Positions 1 to 13,380 of a stretch of DNA of 64,000 nucleotides are shown in pieces. Both the position numbers and the translations under genes were made by a program. Each line of letters opens with the position of its first letter. Positions within the stretch are counted from its first letter, which is position 1. The DNA is from Monocercomonoides exilis PA203 (lineage: Eukaryota; Protista; Preaxostyla), in contig LSRY02000022.1 in NCBI GenBank assembly GCA_001643675.2, positions 620,001-684,000 on the forward strand, given 5' to 3'. The notes below the pieces were generated by a model. That model made no database searches and was not told the origin of the DNA. It was given only the letters and a program-made list of their open reading frames with translations.

Positions 1-1889
1 AGAAGAAGAAGGGGAAGAAGAATTAGAAGAAAAAATATTAAAGAAATGGAGGAAAATAAGGAGAAAGCCTGCCATTCACTTTGAAAGTGTGTATTTTTGG
101 AAAGAATGAAAAAAACATAGAAAATCAGCAAGAATAAAAGAATGATGAAAAACAAAGATGTACGCCAAGAAAAATTAGAATTTTATACAGGCAAAAAGAG
201 ATACATCAAATCTTGTGAGAGAATAGAAATTTAAAGAAAATGAACTTAGACATATTTGAATTCAAATGGCTAACAGCAACTTTAAAAAAAGATTGGACAA
301 AAGCGCAGCACATTCATCTGCTGACGGAAATGATTTCATTATGGCCATGAAAGGAAAGCAATTACTATGATTGTTGCGATTCGGTTACAAATTTTGACAA
401 ACTCTTGACACAAAAATCTTTAGCAAGACATTATAAAGATTGAATAATGTGCAGAGTGAAATTTGTTAGAAAAGAATGGATACCAAGCACACTGAGACAG
501 AAAATGAAGAAGAATTTGTTGTTTCAAAATATGTTGTAAATACAACGTTCAAATCATTTTAGCCACCAATTGTGCTTGCATTGACAAGGCCATCGATTGC
601 TTTTTTTAATCTATTTATCAAAATTCTTTGTAACCTTGAAAAATTTGTGATAAGCTGTTATTTAACAGTTGATTGAATTGTGAGAAAATCTTTTTTTTTC
701 TGCTTTTCTCTGGGTTCTTCTAAACAAGTTTCTGCGAAGAATACTATCCACTTGAAATCCCTCCTTCAAATGGATTCGCACATAAATAATAGAGGCAATT
801 TTTCATTGAACTTTAAAAAGATGAATGATTTCCTCGATAATCACTGTTCTCGAATGTTTCACATTTACAGTTTCTGAAGGTGAAGCTTCTAATCTGTTCA
901 CTTTTGTTTTTTCTAAACAATAGAAAATCGTTTGTTGTTAAAACAGCAAAAACTGCCTTGATAAAATTCCTCAAAATCATACGAATTAAATCATCTGATT
1001 TAAATGAAAGATTATAAGAGGAAACATTGTTTTTGGAAATAAAACTCAAATTCACCATATAGGTTGACTCACCTTGGAAATAAAACGGAATTACAGAATT
1101 AATGTGAGAAATGAAAGAATCCATCTTTAGCGTTGTTGAATATGTTAAAGGCATCAAAGGCGAAGACAAATGTTAAATTGCAACATTTATAAGACCTGCT
1201 AAAGAGTTGAATTTCAAAAATTATGTTTATATTGTTGTTGATGCAATATTTTTGAAATTCTTTGGTTTCGCTAAAAGTATTGTGCATTTCAAAAATTTTG
1301 AAGTTACTCGTTTGCAGAAAATGTGCTTCATTTGAATAGCTCTGACCAGAATAAATACAATTTTTTTATACAAGTGAAAATGAACGAAAATATTTGTTTA
1401 GCAATGTGGCAGTTTCAGGGACATATTGTGCTTCGAGAGTCTTAGCAGTTAAATAAACAGATGAAAAACAAAAAATACAATTTCATCAGAAAAATCATTT
1501 TCAAATAGAAAAAATATCGAATAAAATAAATATGTGGACACCCATTGTTTGCTTCACTTCATTTTCTTACACTTTTCAAGGCAATTGTATCAAAAGACTG
1601 CAAACTTCAGTTTTTGGACCTATCATCATCCAGAAAAAGTTAAAAGTGTAAAGATGTTTGGAATTGCATGGAGAAAAAATCTACAAATGACACTGTGCAA
1701 TCGTTAGAATACATGTTTATGCACATAAACGCTGGCAAAAAGTATTTTTCGAAAATTCAACAAATATTCGAAGGTTTGAATAACAGTAGTTGGTTTTTCT
1801 GTTTTTATATATAAACATGTTTTGAATTTTTAGAAGAAAAAAATAAATACACCGTTATAAAAATGGCAAGTGTTTATAACTATGAAACA

Positions 1890-4800
1890 AATGTTCGCAG
1901 CAAAGTCGCTTTGTTAAAAGCTGTTTGCCATGAATACAATTTCCGGAAACGAAATGAATTCGGTTTTGATTAAAAAATTGGAAAATACCACCGTGTAAAG
2001 CAGCACAGCTCAGATAGAAATTTAACTATAGAAAAAGCATCAAAGTCTCCAATGCCGCCTTCAAATTCCAGAATTGCATTTTTTTAATATAATATTTCTG
2101 TCTTTTGTATTAACTCTTTATTTTTCTTTTCATTTTTTAGAATTAAGCGAAAATGATGAACTGAAATTCCAAAAATTATTGTTAGAGAATTCAACGGAAT
2201 CATCAGAATGTGTGAGAGGAGTTAATAAATCAAAAAAGAGTTTGTTTTAACTTCTTCAAATATGCATTTAATATTTTTCCTTCAAAAAGGATGTGCTTTA
2301 AAATTTGATGTTGATTTTTTTACAACCAGCGATCCCAATTGCATGGAACCTGATATTGATCCTTAGCGAAACTACTTCACCACCAACGAGGTTAATTGTG
2401 AAATGACAGCTTGTTATCAACCATCTTCAACAACAACAAGTGATGAAATAGGCATGGATGAAGATGTGGATCTGCTCATAAAAGCAGAACATATAAATTG
2501 CAATTTGCCTGAATGCAGTTCTTCGGGATTAATATCTTCAACTATTTCTATGTTTCCCACAGCTACCAATGAGCCAACAATATCAAGTGAACAAATATTC
2601 CAAAACATCATGGAGGAGATAAATGATTCAGTTGCTTCAAATTATGATCAAAATGAAACTGTAACATCTCCAATTGTTATTGATGAAAAGATAGAAATAA
2701 TTTCAATGAAGAAAAAAGAAGATGTATTAAATGAAAAATCTGTTTTTTCTCCTCTGAAAAATTTTGTGAACACTTGTTGCTTGTCGTCTCTTATACAAAA
2801 TTTTCGAACACTTTTCAACACAAGGTAAAAAATGAATATTCGAAGAGGAAAAATTGGATCTTTGGTTTGCCAGTCACATTCTATCGTTTCAAATGGTTCT
2901 ACAGACTTCAAAAGAGACTACAAACGGAGTTACGTGAATGGAATAAAAGCTTTGTTTCTAACTTCTTCAAAAAAAATAACCTGGTGTTTGGAAAGCAGCA
3001 AGAATTTTACAAAGTGTTTCTTTCGATTTTTGAAAATTTATCCTTAGTGACTCCAGAGTTAATGAATATCATGAATGCGAAAATTCAGTTTCCGAGAAAA
3101 TGCTCAATGTGTGAAACTGAAAGTGGTGGAGCATTTGAGATAACTCCATTAATTAGACTTCATAATTGTGATACAATTAACAGTCTAAATAATCACATGT
3201 TCAATCAATCAGACGAAATGAATTCCTGCGAAGCGTTTTGTGAAAAATGCAATAGGAACACATTTCAGTCAACATGTTTTGACATCAAATCATTTCCAGA
3301 TATTATTTCTTTTTCCATTAAACCTTCAGGACAATGGCAAAGAACAAAATGCAATATATACGAACACATTTCTTTCTCTTCGATTTCTGGAAAACAAAAA
3401 GTCAAAAGCAAATATGACACCGAATCGAAAAACTACACGTTATTAGCGATATTGTTTTACACCAGTAACACAGATGTGGGACATTTCTATAGCATTTGCA
3501 GAAATAATCACAATTTCGAACAGGATGAAAATCAACAAAAAGAAAAATGGTGCTAATGCAATGATAACATTACATTCATGATAGAAAGCGATCATTCAAC
3601 AAAAGTCAAAAATAATTTGTATAATGGTGGTATTCCTATAATGTTGATTCACAAGAATGTCAATTTATTTTCGGAAAGAACTTTAATTTTTCCTCTCTCT
3701 CCTAATTTGTTGATATCTCCTGCATATGTCCCTGGACAGAATAACAACAATCCACATTCAGTCAATCACTATACAGAATCTCAATCCGGAAACTATTCCT
3801 CATCACATCAACAACATATTTGTTTTGAATCCTGCGATACTCCAACAATGAATCAAATTCATTCATTATCTCCTAGTCCACTTCATTTTGCGAAAGCTGC
3901 AACCATATCTCCTCAAGTCACTTGTCAAAGCAAATCTTATCCAACAGCATTCAATTCACATGTAGATGTCTTTTCAAAGCCGATTGCAGCCCTGTCAAAT
4001 TCACTTCATTTTAATCAATAAAATTGCAAGAAATCAACCTTAAAAGAATGTGTCAATAAAACTGTTGAAAGCCAAGCACTTCACAGTCAACGAAAAAAAC
4101 CTTCAAAATCACTTCCTAATCCTTCTGAAGCTTCATTTTCATCAACTCAAACAATCAACTCATCTGCAGCCAATTCCATTTCATATCCTTCCTCTTCCAG
4201 ATCATATCAAAGCTTTTCTTCAAGAAGTCGTAGAGTAAACAATGATATTGTTAACAACTCCGGCCAGAAAATAGCTTCAAGGCAATCTTCAGAAAATATG
4301 TCTTCAAATGACAATCATTCAATTACAAATTATTCTCTTGACCAATCATTTGCACATCGGTTAAGCATGAACCAATAAATGGAATCACAAACTGAACAAA
4401 CACACTCATTCACATCACGAATCGAACATTCAAATGCATCACCATTTTTAAATCTTCAACCTTCTTGTTCATGTGACAACTCTCCTAACTTGAATGGAGA
4501 AATGGAAAAAAAGCCCTTGACAAGAATTATCAACGTGATAAAAAAGAAGTTATTCGATTCATTTCTGAAGCAAATCATCAAAATGTCTCTCAGAACATTT
4601 TCTAAAAGAATAAAGCATTTAAAGAAAGCTAAAAGACGTTCGTACCTGTGTGACTTGTGTGAAAAATATCAAGCGTTGTAAAAAGAAAGAAAAAGCTCTC
4701 AAGGCGAAAAATGAATGTCTATCTCCAGATGAATTATCAACAATGCAGTTAATAGAAAAGCATAAACTCTATGCGTGTAATCAGCAGATGCATTTTCACA

Positions 4801-5742
4801 TTCTGAAAGATTCATTGAAGAATAAAAAAGCGCTGATCTAATTTGATTTCAAAGAAAACTGGAGTGTTCCTATCAGAAGAAATGCAATAAGCAAAGATTT
4901 TAACGAAAAAAATGAAATTTCTCAGTTATGTGTAATTACTTATACGATGGATGCTGATGGCCACAGAAACAAGAATGTGTTCAACTATTTTTCAAATAAT
5001 CTCTCGCATGATTATAGATTTGCAATTGAGTGTTTGAGTGAAACTCTCAAAGACTCTATCTTCGATAAAATCACTTCATTCCATTTCATGTGCGATACAG
5101 GCCCCCACTTCAGAAATTCGAATGTCATGTTCTATCTTCTTTCAAATAAATCACCTATTGTACGTGGAAAGCGTTCAACACTCTCTTTCTTTTGTGAAAA
5201 GCATGGAAAGTGTGAGTGTGATGGAGAATTTTGTTGTTTTTCAAAGTGCTTGGAGGAAAATTTGGATCACGATGCAGAAATAAAGAACGTTCAAGAATTG
5301 GTTGGCTTCTTCAAGGAATATTCGAATCGCAGAAGTTATTCCGTGTTCAACTATGAGGGAACGAAAGAAACATTATATCGCCACTTTCTGATGTTTGTAT
5401 TTTTCCAGTTTTTTATTGATATTTAAGCTTTTGTATTCTGGTGACTTAAGATGCAACGCGTCAGTCAAAGTTTTGTGGAAGAGATTGAACATTTCGGCAA
5501 TGAAAACATATTGGTTTTATGAAAAAAGAGACGAAGATATTTTCCGTTCAATTGTGTCACCGTCGAATTCGAAAGGAACAAATAAAGTGAAGTTTGAAGT
5601 GAAATCGTACAGAGATGAGAGAAAAAGTAAAACGTACCAACAGTCCAGCAAATGTGATACAGCAACACTACTGGGAAGTTATACTTTCAACATGCTAAAG
5701 GAAAGAGAAAAATTTTGTGATTTGAGTTATTTTGAGAATTGA
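1890..5742 (+). pseudogene. USP(C19)-Sola-like DDD transposase fusion, copy 1 (frameshifts/stops)
   Basis: USP Cys box LKNFVNTCCLSSLIQ (~2755-2800), KQQEF, CxxC pairs CSMC/CEKC, His box GHFYS (~3480), WC*CNDN. Then a Ser/Gln-rich linker, KAKRRSYLCDLC (~4625-4660), FDFKENW (~4842), CDTGPHFRN, FFCEKHGKCECDGEF. Colinear with the copy at 52219-55640. Confidence 0.8.
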
Positions 5743-5860
5743 ATTGTTTATTTTGTAACTTTTGTTCATTGTTTGTGCATTTTCTGTATTTTGAATCAGT
5801 TAGAAAATTGATTGTTTGGAACGTCTGTTGCTCAAGCCAATGTGTATTTGTTTTTGACAA

Positions 5861-6001
5861 ATGCTCATTGGTACCCCAATTTTCGCTCTTGAGCGAATTA
5901 AATGGGGCAAGGCTGATTCCGTCCTGAAACTGTGCTGTGACCGGTCCAGCACAGTTTCTTGAAGGCTTTGGGTACAGAATCAGCTTCCCAGGGCAGACGC
6001 C
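5861..6001 (+). ncRNA. Candidate structured RNA element downstream of transposase (copy 1)
   Basis: GC-rich island in AT-rich DNA. Stems: cccca..ttcgctc/gagcgaa..tgggg; ggctgattc/gaatcagct; perfect 12-bp gaaactgtgctg/cagcacagtttc. Followed by tcccagg. Architecture shared with 52010-52202. Confidence 0.5.
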
Positions 6002-7364
6002 AAATAAGATAATATTTTCTAATTTTTTCGAAATATTAACATCTTTCATTTTCATTGAATTTTTAGAAAATTTTATTAATTTTGAATGTTTTTGATGCAA
6101 AAAGACGACTTTTTGTATTAATTCTGTTCGAATATAACTAAAAACATATTGAAAATATCATTTTTTTAATTAATGTGATTACAAGAAAAGAAAAAAAAGT
6201 AATACAGAATTTATCTGTGATTTTCGAGTGAAATATTTGCACCCCGAAAAAAAATATGATTTTGAAAATAATGTCCAAAATATTATTCAAAAATTTTTCT
6301 TATGAAATTATTCATAAAATATTAATTTCTTTCAAATTGTTCAAATACTTCTTTTGAATCAAAATTCGAAAAGAAAATGCTGTTGAAATATTTGGTTAAT
6401 TTTTTTTATTGATATCATAGGAATGACGCTTTTTTTAAACTCGATCAATGGAAAATTTTTGTTGAAAAAAAACAAAAATCATTAAAAAAAAATTTCTTTA
6501 TTGAAATTAAACAACTGCATTGGAATTGTTTTTAGAAATTTCTCTTATTTTGATTTTCATGTCTTTTCATCAACCGTATATTTCTCTGATAATAAACGAT
6601 GTTGAAAAAAATAAAGAAAATTCTGATTTCAACGAGATTATTGTTTTCTTTCTGGAATTATAACTAATGTGATGGTATTTATATAAAAGCTGCATTTTTC
6701 ATTCGTATTTCAATAGAAAACAGTTAATAAATAATATAAATTCGTTATTCTCATTTCATTAAAATTCTGACAAGTTTATTTAATTCTCTGTAAAAAAACA
6801 TCATTTGAAAATCAAAAAATTATTTATAGAAAAGTAGAATTTAAATTATTTTTTATTTAGAATTTATAATTGATTATCTGCAGACTTTTTGTATGTGAAA
6901 ACAATTCTCAACAATGGAATACTTGTTATGAAAAAACTGGGCTCAAGCGTTATATATTGTTCTTTTTGCAATTCATGTTACTAGTCATTAATATTGATAT
7001 CATTGAAAAGAAAACATTATTTTAATGCTGTCATATGTTCATTTTTTTAAACAACTTTTAACTTCTCACAAAAAGACTATTTTAAATAATGACATATAAA
7101 TATGAGTGTTTGAAATAATCCTATGTGATATGACACGAAAAATCGGAAAAATACTCAAAAATGACGGACACAATCTTTTCAATTTGTCATTTTTTTGTCA
7201 CTCAAATTTTAAAGGAAAAAATAAAAGCAATAGTTTATTTTTTCGTAAAAAACATTTATAAACATATCTTTGTTTTAATATCTTATTTTGCTCTTCTTTC
7301 CATGAAAATCGAAACACTTTTTAATGAATTTTTTGCAAGTGACAAATTAATCTAATTATTATAT

Positions 7365-7603
7365 GTCTAAATTTTTTTGAAAAGTTCCATTTGTTTAATT
7401 TTCAAATAAAGAAAAAATTTTATATTTTGATCAAATTTCTGTTCCCACTCACCAAATTTTGCTGTTATGAAAACACAATCTTGACAATGTTATTATTTTA
7501 TTTTAAGTGAAGTTTCTTAAGTGGGAACAGAAATTTGATTAAAAAATGAAATTTATATTTATTTGACAATTAAACAAAAGGAACTTTTAAAAAAAATTTT
7601 GAC
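7365..7603. mobile_element. MITE family A (239 bp, ~90 bp TIRs)
   Basis: GTCTAAATTTTTTTGAAAAGTTCC... / ...GGAACTTTTAAAAAAAATTTTGAC, flanked by ATAT/ATAT. Close relative at 55690-55929. Confidence 0.85.
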
Positions 7604-8299
7604 ATATTGCGGTTTTGTCACTTTTCAGATCTGTCATTTTGTCATTTTGTCATTTTTTGATATACGCATTTTTTGAGTGGAAACATAAAAGCCAATGTAT
7701 TTCATTTATTTGTGAGAAAAATTCTCATTTGTCATAAATTGATCTGAAAATACAGAATTTATTTTATTTGATTGCTTCAAAGGATTTTAACAGTTATCGA
7801 AGTGTTAGATGAAAAACGTTTGTGTTTTTTCTGTTCCTGTTTCAGTTTTCATTTTTACAAATTTTGAAAAAACTGATGAAAAAAATATCCTGTGATGAGA
7901 ATTCACCATTTTCATTAACAGTTTTTGTTTATTGTCACCTCAAAAGCAAAGAGCTCTAAATGTTTTACAAATTTTCACTGTATCGCTTTTTTTCTTTAAA
8001 AGTCTTTCCAAACATTTGTAGTTTCATAGCATTTACTAATTTGTTAAGTTTTCAAAAAACACAAAAAATCAACGTTCTCAGAATTATTTTTTATCATCAA
8101 CGAAAAACAAATAAAAATCAAATATCTTTTATTGTCAAAAATTAATTTCAATATATAATTCTAGCAAGAGTTGAAAAAACAAATTTCTTTAATTAAAGAA
8201 AATGAGAACAAAGAAATCATTGTTCTACGAATAAATCCTTTCAAGTTTTTTTCAGATATTCAAAAACTTCCTGTCATAAAAACTCCCAATCTTTATCTT

Positions 8300-8850
8300 C
8301 TTAGTCTTTCTTCTTCAGCACAGCAGCATGAACAACGAATCCCTCAGATCCACAATCAGCTTCTCGTGAGGCGATGAACATGTCGTTCCATCCACCAAAT
8401 AAGCATCAAAGAAGTTGTTGTATGCAGATCTTCTCCACGAACAAAAGTTGATTCTGTGTCTGAAGTGTCTATGGATGAAATGAATGAAATTGAAGGTGAT
8501 AAAGTTCCCTTTCTTGTTTCCTCCTCTTCTTTTTCGTCAACCTTCTCCAGCATCCATTCAGGAATCTTGTCTGAATCTCTCCCCAAGATGTATTCTGTCG
8601 AACCAGTTTCAGATAGAAGAGGCTCGGATGATTCAGAATGACCCAAGCTTTTCTCGTACACTCTCTTCTTAATCCTTTCCTCGTTTTTCTTCTCTGCATC
8701 CTTCTCTGTTCATCTCCACTGCTCTTCTAGCAACATTTCCATCGTCACCATCTCAAATACTTTCGGGTTTTTTTGCACCGCATCAGCAACAATCTGCTTC
8801 AAGCCCTTGTTCTCGTTCTTCGCTTTCCACAACTGCACAGCTAGAATAGC
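8300..8850 (-). pseudogene. Fragment of expanded host membrane-protein family (cytoplasmic region)
   Basis: Translates across stops/shifts to VADPVQKNPKVFEMVTMEMLLEEQW..YEKSLGHSESSEPLLSETGSTEYILGRDSDKIPEW..TCSSPHEKLIVDLRDSLFMLL. Recognised from memory as a Monocercomonoides multicopy family. Confidence 0.6.
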
Positions 8851-10100
8851 TATGAACAGCTGGCAGAAGATAACGATAAGAAACTCCAGCTAGTGTGGGA
8901 GTGCTGGCGAAGCTGTTGAGGCTGGCTGTGCAGTGCTGACAGGCTCAGACCTGTTTTTGAAAATGAGGGGCTGCACTGAGCACGGAACATTATCGTTCTT
9001 GCAAAACAGAACAGCAACAGAAATTTCAAAAGTGGAGTGAACCGAAGCAAATGTGGCAGCTGAACGCGCCACTGGGCCTTACTCTCCGACACATACCCTT
9101 CATCATCGAACTCGTTGCTATCGACAATATCCACACTATCTGCGCTTGTCACGAGGCGGAAAGTCTGTTCGCATTGCAGGAGGAGCTGCAAAAAAAGTTT
9201 AGCTCCACGAGGCTTTTGGCCTCCTAAACTGCAAGAGATAACAGCACAGGGACAAAGAATGGAAAGTAAATGTTGGAAATGATGACTGCCAGGAGGCGCT
9301 TCTCATTCCGGATCCACAAAGAGATGCTGTCAAAAGAACATTCGTCTTCTTTCAAGTTCTCCAGAGTCAGAGAGTAAATATCAGAGTTGGTGATTTTCAG
9401 GCGGGAAGACGATCGTCTGCTTTCTGAAGGGTTATTTCGGTCAGAGGAGTTGTTCCCCACAAAATATTGTTTTTTTTGACACCAACAGTACCTCCAGAGA
9501 CACAAAATATTCAAGCAGTTGCGCTTGATAAATTGGGATAAATGATCGTTGATGCTGGGTTGCATATATGAATGAGAAGATGCTGTCTCAGCAGTATCTA
9601 TTTGTTATTGAAGAGCATTATATGCCAGCTCCATCAATGAATCACACGACAAGCGAGAGTTCGGGAATATTACTCATGCTCATAGCGCTCCCTTTCAGTG
9701 TCTGTTCTTTTGCTCCGCTTCCAGATTATGGATTATGTTACAAACAGTGACAGTTGAGCAAGGTAATATGCTCAGATGGTGGAGACTCAAAAAGCACAGA
9801 CGAGCCGAAGGAGGTGCTGGGACCTGTGTAAGTTCAATCGAAGAAATAAGAGTCGGAAAAAGCGAGATCTCCTTCGGCTAAAGAGGGGAGGCATATGATT
9901 CAGCACTATGAAAACACCAAATGAAACAAAGCGAATCTGGATGCAGAGGCGCTCTGGTGAAGATTGAAAGCAAAAGCCACTGAAGGAAAATATTTATGAG
10001 TGCTATGTTGTTGATAGAGGTGGAGAGGAGAAATTATGAGAAAGTGAAAACAAGATACAAGATGGAGTAGTTGAAGACAGTCAAGGGATTACCCCTGATG
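8850..10100 (-). pseudogene. Degraded host-type gene fragment with a hydrophobic/TM segment
   Basis: Higher GC and coding-like. Contains LLAVIISNIYFPFFVPVLLSLAV. Multiple stops and frameshifts. Confidence 0.35.
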
Positions 10101-10339
10101 GCGAGCATGGAGGAGTTGAGTTGAGCTGTGTGCAGCAGGAGAGATGGAAAACAAAGCAGGATGGACAAAGGAGAGAAAGAGACTGCTGCAGGTGTGGTGT
10201 GTTGCAAAACAGCCAGAGTGAGAAAATGAGAAGTCAAAGAGGAAGACCAGACACTCCAACGGGAAGTTTGCATAGGAAACGAGGATGGCGAGGTAGTGTT
10301 GGATTGTTACATCGAGATGGAAAAGCGCAGAAGACGGGG

Positions 10340-11450
10340 ACTCGAACTGGCGGATGCTCAATCTTGTTGAAAAGTTCTTTTTTTGTTATATTTTGGAAAT
10401 CTTCTTCGAATACACTCCACTCAATAACTATATTTTTATCAGCTTCATTGATTCTTCTTATCCTTTCAGCTGCACTCTTTTATATGCTCAATCCACTTGC
10501 ACCATCAAGCTCAACATTCTTCATCGTCAGATTTTTGATGTTCAACATTGTTGAAGAAAACACAGAAATAACATCCTGTGAAAAGCAGAGTGATTGCATT
10601 GAGACAACTTCCAACACAACTGCGCCTCCATCTGCCTTGATCAGTACATAATTAATTATTTCTTCTCCGCTTTCTTCATTTTTTGTGAATGAACAGTCCT
10701 TCACAGTCAACAATCCCTCGCTTGAGCCAACATGCATCAAATAATTGACTCCGCTTGCGAATGAAGATGGAACTACAAAGTTTATCAGTTCGAAATTTGT
10801 AATTCCCTGAATCTTCATTGCTTCTTCTTCTGCTCCTTCAAGAAATGAAACACATTCCAATGAGCACGTGCTGCTCTCATCCGATTTCACTGATATTCCA
10901 CTCACATCAACACTCTTCTGCAGATATCCTTTTCCTATGATGCTGACATTCCTTTCGTTTCCTTCAGGCAGCCGATCTAGAGAATAATCGATTGATTGGC
11001 AAGGATAATCATAAAGCCCACAAACGCACACATCTTTTCCATCACCTCCAGTAAATATTTCCGAACCAAATGTTCTCCAGAAATACACCAATGGAGTAGC
11101 ATTCGTTGTGTCATCTCCATCAAAGCCTCTCATTGAATCCAATGAAATATCAGCCAGATTCACTGACACAAATGGAAGGGATGCATTTGTGATGCTCTTC
11201 GTCAAGTTTGACGATTCAACAAAGAGATCATTTCCATATTTCGCAACATTTGGCTTGTCTGCCTCAAAAACAGGGGATGAAATCACAAATGAAGAATCCT
11301 CATTCGCCAACTTCAGAGCCATTCCCCCGCCAAAGCCAATCTTCCCTTCTTTATATTGTGTTCTGTATCCTGTTAATGTGTATGAAGAAAAATTTTATTC
11401 TGCATTCCCTTTCAAATGAGCATTAAAAGAAATTCTTCTGTTTTCGCTCG
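10340..11450 (-). pseudogene. Ectodomain fragment of large surface-protein family
   Basis: 280-aa ORF 10480-11322 (GNDLFVES..GGDGKDVCVCGLYDYPCQSIDY..FELINFVVPSSF) plus upstream GKIGFGGG. Homologous to 58065-59400 (GKNMIVKS, GFDTFGCG, EFIGIVIPSSF). Confidence 0.7.
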
Positions 11451-12186
11451 ATAGCATTCAATTCTCCCGGAAAACACAATTTTTGATGTTTATTTGCGAG
11501 TTTACTCTTTCAAAATTGCAACTTTAAGATAAACTCGCATTGTCACTTCTTTTTGAAATCCATTCTGTTGCTTTTATACTGCATCAGCTGATAGAAAAAA
11601 GTTATCTGCTCCTACGTCTTATCAAACGCTCGTTTTAAAAAACCACTTGAATATGGACATTTATTCAATAATGTGGAAAAGAAAAATCGTTATAATTCCC
11701 TTTTAAAATTTTGTTTGTTTGCAAACTTTTTGTTTTCATGATTAGAATGCCGACAGAAGCCTAATCTCCTTCGATTTCATCAGTTATTATGTGTAATTAA
11801 CTTTCAGTAACGTTTGTTCGTTCGAGAAGATTTTTCATTGCTTGATTGCATCTTCTCAATATGAAATAATATCCATACTAAAACATTTCAAAAAATTGTT
11901 TTATTTATGGTTCAAAAAAAAAAAGAATCGTATTTAAAATGAAGTTTCATAATAATGTCTGAAAAAAAAAATAAAAGAATTTTCACTTTTCACTAAATTT
12001 TGCAAAAATTAATTAAAAAATGGAATTATATGATCTTATTTGACTGACACGACTTTTATGATTTATCTTGTCACACAGTCCTAGTTTGAAATAAAAAAAT
12101 AAAAGAAACGAAAGTGAGTCCTGACAAATTATTTGTATATCTTTTTGTGCATCTCACACTCTTATTAAAAATAAGTATTCGAATAT

Positions 12187-12957
12187 ACACCATTTATTAT
12201 TCAAATTTGGAAAACTTATTATTCGAAATTGGTCAACTAATTATTCGAAATTAATAAAATTGAGTATTTTTAAAAAAAAATTTATTGTGAAAAATTGGTT
12301 TTTGGCTGAATGTTAGAAAGTGATTAAAATATTATATCATTTTATATTTCGTTAAAAGGATGAGAAATTGAACCTCTAATATTATTATTTGTCGAAAAAC
12401 ATGAAAATTTTTGATTTTTCAGAAAAAAAACCATCATCATTGAAAACGGATAATTTTCAAATGAATTCACCTCATATTGTCCGATTATGCATCATTCATT
12501 CAAGAAAAGTTATTTGAAATCAAAAATCTTAAGAAAAACAATAAATAACAATTGAAGAATTCTGAAAATGCCTTTATAATTTTTTTCAGCTTAGAAAAAT
12601 TTTTATATTTTTTTGTTATGTTGATGCAAATAACTTTTCTTGAATGAATGATGCATAATCGGACAATATGAGGTGAATTCATTTGAAAATTATCCGTTTT
12701 CAATGATGATGGTTTTTTTTCTGAAAAATCAAAAATTTTCATGTTTTTCGACAAATAATAATATTAGAGGTTCAATTTCTCATCCTTTTAACGAAATATA
12801 AAATGATATAATATTTTAATCACTTTCTAACATTCAGCCAAAAACCAATTTTTCACAATAAATTTTTTTTTTAAAAATACTCAATTTTATTAATTTCGAA
12901 TAATTAGTTGACCAATTTCGAATAATAAGTTTACCAAATTTGTATAATAAATGGTGT
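12187..12957. repeat. Foldback element: ~330-bp near-perfect inverted repeats around a 110-bp spacer
   Basis: 12187-12516 is the reverse complement of 12627-12957; two substitutions and one homopolymer indel seen. Ends ACACCAT...ATGGTGT. Confidence 0.95.
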
Positions 12958-13380
12958 GGCTTATGATTGATTCATAATTCTTTTTGTAAAAAAATGTCAA
13001 ATAATTAAAAAATTAGATATTTGGCTAATCTTTATTTGAAAACTTTATTTTGTTTATTTTTCAAAAAAAATTAAAATATTTTATTTTCATCAATTTTCTG
13101 TTAACACATATTTTATTACACTTTAAACGGATGACATAACCCAAATATTGTAATTATTTCTATTATTGTGAAGTTAAGTAAGTGTGAACAGAAAAACTGA
13201 AGAATATAAGTAATTATTATTTCATTTATTAATGAAACAAAACGAATTCTTTAAAAAAATATTTGCCATTTTGATAAAATTACTGTTCTCATTTTTTTTG
13301 CTTCATTGAAAAGTATTTAAATGCATTATCAAACTTTGACAAACGAATTAGTTAAGTCAACATCTTGTCAATGAAGATAT

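Noticed and set aside
300-330. QHIHLL as a Helitron/Rep HUH motif
   Set aside because: Isolated hexapeptide in a broken frame with no other Rep or helicase motifs.
600-1320. Second, divergently oriented gene of the USP-Sola element
   Set aside because: Coding-like but unidentifiable, and no homologue is visible upstream of the other copies.
4842-5742. Fanzor/TnpB nuclease with omega-RNA
   Set aside because: No RuvC I-III or C-terminal zinc-finger layout; the motifs fit a Sola-like DDD transposase.
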